Position numbers and translations under genes: made by a program. From an uncultured Chloroflexia bacterium (GTDB lineage: Bacteria; Chloroflexota; Limnocylindria; Limnocylindrales; CSP1-4): a stretch of 64,000 nt of DNA. The stretch is from assembly GCA_963707215.1 (NCBI GenBank), contig CAVPPB010000001.1, positions 544,001-608,000 on the forward strand. Reading direction: 5' to 3'. The notes beneath the pieces are model-generated. The model was not told where the DNA came from. It worked only from the letters and a program-made list of their open reading frames with translations, and ran no database searches. Of this stretch, positions 57,234-64,000 are shown one piece after another (the first letter of the stretch is position 1; the number at the start of each line of letters is the position of its first letter).

Positions 57234-58123
57234 CGGAAGAGGTCCTCGAGGGTCCGGCGCTCGGGCTCGATCCGGACGAGGCCGAGGCCGAGGTCGGCGA
57301 CCGTGTCGCGGACAAGGTCGTAGTCGCCGTCGCCGCCGAGATCGACCAGGACGTCGAACCCGTCGATGCGGTGCTGGAGACCCGCGTCGCCCAGGCGCGC
57401 GGCCAGTCCTGCCGGGTCGTCGTCGAGCTCGACACGGACGACGCCGGTCTTGGTCGTGAACTCGGACAGCGGGGCCGCCCGCAGCAGCTTGCCGCCCTCG
57501 ATCGCGACGAGGAAGTCGCCGACCCGCTCGATCTCGCCGAGGAGATGGGACGCGAGGATGATCGCGATGCCGAACTCGCGACCGGTCCGACGGATCAGAT
57601 CGAGCATCTCGTCGCGACCGGCGGGGTCGAGGCCGTTCGTAGGCTCGTCGAGGAGGAGCAGACGGGGGTCGTGGACGAGCGCCTGGGCGAGCATCACGCG
57701 CTGGCGCATCCCGGTCGAGTAGCCGCCGATGGGCCGGTAGCGCTCCTCGTACAGGCCGACGTGGCGGAGGACCTCGGCCGTCCGCTCCCGGGCGGCGCCC
57801 CGGGGCAGCCCCGAGAGCATCGCCATGTGGTTGACCAGCGTCGTCGCCGAGACATCGGGCGGGAGCGCGTCGTGCTCGGGCATGTAGCCGACGAGCGCGC
57901 GGACGCCGACCCCGTCGGTCGCGACGTCCCGGTCGAGCACGTAGGCCCGCCCCGACGAGGCCGGGAGCAGCCCGAGGAGGATCCGGATGAGGGTGCTCTT
58001 GCCGGCCCCGTTCGAGCCGACGAGCCCGACGATCCCCGGCTGGAGCTCGAGGGTCAGGTCGTCGAGCGCCAGGACGCCACCCTGATAGCGCTTGGTGAGG
58101 CCCTCGGTCCGAACGAGCGTCAT
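57230..58123 (-). CDS. ABC transporter ATP-binding protein
   Basis: GSNGAGKST, YSTGMRQR, LLDEPTNGLDP, ASHLL. Confidence 0.9.
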   Translation of the reverse strand: MTLVRTEGLTKRYQGGVLALDDLTLELQPGIVGLVGSNGAGKSTLIRILLGLLPASSGRAYVLDRDVATDGVGVRALVGYMPEHDALPPDVSATTLVNHMAMLSGLPRGAARERTAEVLRHVGLYEERYRPIGGYSTGMRQRVMLAQALVHDPRLLLLDEPTNGLDPAGRDEMLDLIRRTGREFGIAIILASHLLGEIERVGDFLVAIEGGKLLRAAPLSEFTTKTGVVRVELDDDPAGLAARLGDAGLQHRIDGFDVLVDLGGDGDYDLVRDTVADLGLGLVRIEPERRTLEDLFR

Positions 58124-58247
58124 GCGCTCGATGGTACTCCCCGACGGCCCGACGGCCGCGGTTGCCCTACCGGTCATGCGGCCGCGCGTCGCAGGGGTCG
58201 CGGGTCCCTCCGGGAGCGCTGGGCGACAGCAGGGTATCGTGCGTCGC

Positions 58248-59561
58248 ATGATCCACCGGACCCGCCTGACCGAGGCTGCACCGGGGTCGGCCCACGTCGC
58301 CCCGGGACCCGGCGATGCGGTCGGCGAGCAGCTGGAGCAACTCAGGTTCCTCCATCACGTCATCCGCCTGGCCACGACCGCGCGGACCTGGGATGAGCTC
58401 CTCGAGACGGTCGTGGACCAGACGCGCGATGCGCTCCACGCCGACGTCTCCTCGCTGTACCTGCTGGAGCGGGATGAGCCGGTCCTCGCCCTGGCCGCGA
58501 CCAACGGGCTCGACAAGTACCAGATCGGCCGCGCGAAGGTGCCCTACGGCGAGGGCGTCACCGGCCACGTGGCGGCCTCCCGCGAGCCGGAGATCATCCC
58601 GGACGTCCGCCACGACCCGCGGTTCATGTGGGTCCGCGGGATCGACCAGAAGCGCTTCGTCGCCTCGATGCTGTCGGTCCCCCTCGTCTGGCACGACAAG
58701 GTGGTCGGCGTGCTCAACGTCCAGACCGAACAGCCGAGGACCTTCAACCGGTCTGACGCGGACCACCTCGGGGCGATCGCCGACGTCCTCGCCGGGATCG
58801 TCGAGCGGGTCCGCCTCCAGCAGGAGGCGGAGGAGCAGGCCGAGGAGCTGCGGACCCTCGAGCGGGTTCGCGGGGAGCTCGTCGCGCTCGTCACCCACGA
58901 ACTGCGAACGCCGCTGGCCGTCGTTCGCGCGTACACCGACCTGCTGTCCGAAGAGCCGCCACTCGACGGTCGCGAGTCGCGTGATCCGGACCGGCGGGCC
59001 ACCCGCGAGCGCTGGCATCGTGCGGCGCTCGGCCAGGTCGAGCGGATCGACCGCCTCATCGACTCGGTCCTGGCCTCGATCCGACCGGCCGCCGAGCTGC
59101 CACCCGCCGTCATCGTCCCGGTGGACGTCGCCGCCCTCGCCCACCGTGTCGTCGAGGACCTCGCGCCGCTCCTGGAGGGTCACCGGGTCCGAGTCGCCGC
59201 ACGGGTCCGGCGTCACGCGATGGCCGACGAGACGCGGTTGCGCCAGATCCTGGAGCACCTCCTCGAGAACGCCGTGAAGTACGCGCCGCCCGACACGCTC
59301 ATCCTCGTCTCCATCGAGCTCGCCGAGGGGCGGGTCCGACTCTGCGTCGTCGACGAAGGGCCCGGGATCCCGGAAGAATGGCGTGATCGCATCTTCGAGC
59401 CGTACGCTCGCCATGACACCAAGACGGCGCGGGGATCCGGGATCGGCCTGTATGCCGGGCGGCGCCTCGCCGAGGGCATGGGTGCCGGGCTCTGGTGCGA
59501 GCCGGTGGACCCGACCGGCGCCAGGTTCGTGCTGGCGATGCCCGCCGCCGCTGCACTCTGA
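58248..59561 (+). CDS. Cytoplasmic GAF-domain sensor histidine kinase
   Basis: GEGVTG...SMLSVPL...GVLNVQ GAF; THELRTPL; ENAVKY; DEGPGI; GSGIGL; no TM segment. Confidence 0.9.
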   Translation: MIHRTRLTEAAPGSAHVAPGPGDAVGEQLEQLRFLHHVIRLATTARTWDELLETVVDQTRDALHADVSSLYLLERDEPVLALAATNGLDKYQIGRAKVPYGEGVTGHVAASREPEIIPDVRHDPRFMWVRGIDQKRFVASMLSVPLVWHDKVVGVLNVQTEQPRTFNRSDADHLGAIADVLAGIVERVRLQQEAEEQAEELRTLERVRGELVALVTHELRTPLAVVRAYTDLLSEEPPLDGRESRDPDRRATRERWHRAALGQVERIDRLIDSVLASIRPAAELPPAVIVPVDVAALAHRVVEDLAPLLEGHRVRVAARVRRHAMADETRLRQILEHLLENAVKYAPPDTLILVSIELAEGRVRLCVVDEGPGIPEEWRDRIFEPYARHDTKTARGSGIGLYAGRRLAEGMGAGLWCEPVDPTGARFVLAMPAAAAL

Positions 59562-59576
59562 GGAGGGAGTCGATCG

Positions 59577-60269
59577 ATGCCGAGCCGTCGGCAGCTGCGG
59601 ATCCTCGTCGTTGACGACGACCCGGCGATGGTCGGGGCGATCACCGCCTTGGTCGGCACGGAGGGCCATCAGGTCGTGACCGCCTACGACGGGATCAGCG
59701 CGGTCAAGCGGGTCGAGGATGAGGCACCCGATCTCGTGCTGCTCGACCTGGCGATGCCTGGCCCTGACGGTTACTCGGTAGCCGGGCGCATCAGGGCACT
59801 GGGTCGTATCCCGATCATCGTCGTCTCGGGCGAGAGCAGCGAGCCAGCCAAGGTGCGGGCCCTCGAGCTGGGGGCCGACGACTACCTCGTCAAGCCGTTC
59901 GGCAAGGCCGAGCTGCTCGCCCGCATCAACGCGGTCATGCGTCGGGTGGACGAGAGCGGGGCGAGCGCAGGCCCCCTCCATGCCGGAACGCTCGAGATCG
60001 ACCCGGGTCGGGTCGAGGCCAGGATCGGCTCGACGGTCCTCCCGTTGACGCCCACCGAGTATCGCCTCCTCGAGGCGCTTGTCCGGGCGGGTGGCGACGT
60101 CGTGCCCCAGGCCCGGCTCGCGCGGGCCGGCTGGCCAAGCGATCCCGATCCCGACGTTCTCTGGCTCAAGCCGCACCTGACCCGCCTGCGGGCGAAGCTC
60201 GGTGTCGCCGGCGGACCGACCGTCGTCGCGGTCCGGGGGTCCGGCTACCGGATCGACGGCGGTCGTTGA
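59577..60269 (+). CDS. OmpR-family response regulator
   Basis: VVDDD, LLDLAMP, GADDYLVKPF, LTPTEY, VRGSGY. Confidence 0.92.
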   Translation: MPSRRQLRILVVDDDPAMVGAITALVGTEGHQVVTAYDGISAVKRVEDEAPDLVLLDLAMPGPDGYSVAGRIRALGRIPIIVVSGESSEPAKVRALELGADDYLVKPFGKAELLARINAVMRRVDESGASAGPLHAGTLEIDPGRVEARIGSTVLPLTPTEYRLLEALVRAGGDVVPQARLARAGWPSDPDPDVLWLKPHLTRLRAKLGVAGGPTVVAVRGSGYRIDGGR

Positions 60270-60350
60270 GCCCGAGCGGAGGCGCGGCGATCATGGATGG
60301 CCGCACGCGCCCGGGGACCGCGAAGGCGGCCGCCCGTCGCGGCCGCGGGC

Positions 60351-60581
60351 CTAGGCGAGGTGCGACGCTGCCGCCTCACCGCTGCCGTCGTGAGCCAGCT
60401 CGGCGCAGTCCACGCGGCACCCGCGGGCATCGCGGCCACCCAGCGCACCGAAGTGGAACCAGGTGCTGCCATCGGACGGACCCACGAGCTGCAGTCGGCA
60501 GCCGCAGGCAGCGCAGGTCACCGGGCCGATGCCGTCTCGACGCGCCGAGAAGGAAGGGCGGGGATCGGTCATGTCGTACAT
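60351..60581 (-). CDS. Small Cys/His-rich hypothetical protein (putative zinc binder)
   Basis: GAGG RBS; CAACGCRL...WFHF...RDARGCRVDC...H; 76 aa. Confidence 0.6.
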   Translation of the reverse strand: MYDMTDPRPSFSARRDGIGPVTCAACGCRLQLVGPSDGSTWFHFGALGGRDARGCRVDCAELAHDGSGEAAASHLA

Positions 60582-60652
60582 CCTCGGGTCCTCCGCAGAG
60601 GGGTGGTGGCGGGGTCTGACCGGGAGCGACGCTGGCCCACGGTCCTCCGAAC

Positions 60653-64000
<3,348 letters not shown>

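Overview
Very GC-rich, gene-dense bacterial DNA. Gene content and apparent leaderless starts suggest Chloroflexota or Actinomycetota (inference only). No rRNA, tRNA, CRISPR array or transposase was recognised. About 2-43 kb looks like a coherent low-oxygen/dormancy island. It holds a sulfur-relay operon (ArsR, DsrE, TusA, DsrE2, TusA, SQR) directly downstream of a membrane-bound group 1 [NiFe]-hydrogenase plus hyp operon, YbaK, a four-subunit Vor-type 2-oxoacid:ferredoxin oxidoreductase, an archease-RtcB-AmmeMemoRadiSam (amrS/amrB) cluster, a Na/Ca exchanger with a P-type ATPase, YtfJ and CBS proteins, a group 3b hydrogenase with a fused beta-gamma subunit, a cDPGS-like GTPase, an acetyl-CoA hydrolase/transferase, a DosS/DosR-like two-component pair, a Tat-exported two-domain multicopper oxidase and a Usp. 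Most promoters in this island carry GGGAC-N4-GTCCC-like (DosR-type) boxes, often in pairs phased 21-23 bp apart. One such promoter appears to drive a ~75-nt two-hairpin small RNA with no ORF. The rest of the window holds amino-acid catabolism genes, fabI, a Nur-like regulator with an unusual Ni/Co ECF transporter, an ABC-2 exporter, a GAF kinase/OmpR pair and a partial gltB. All functional calls come from motif recognition by eye; no database searches were run.
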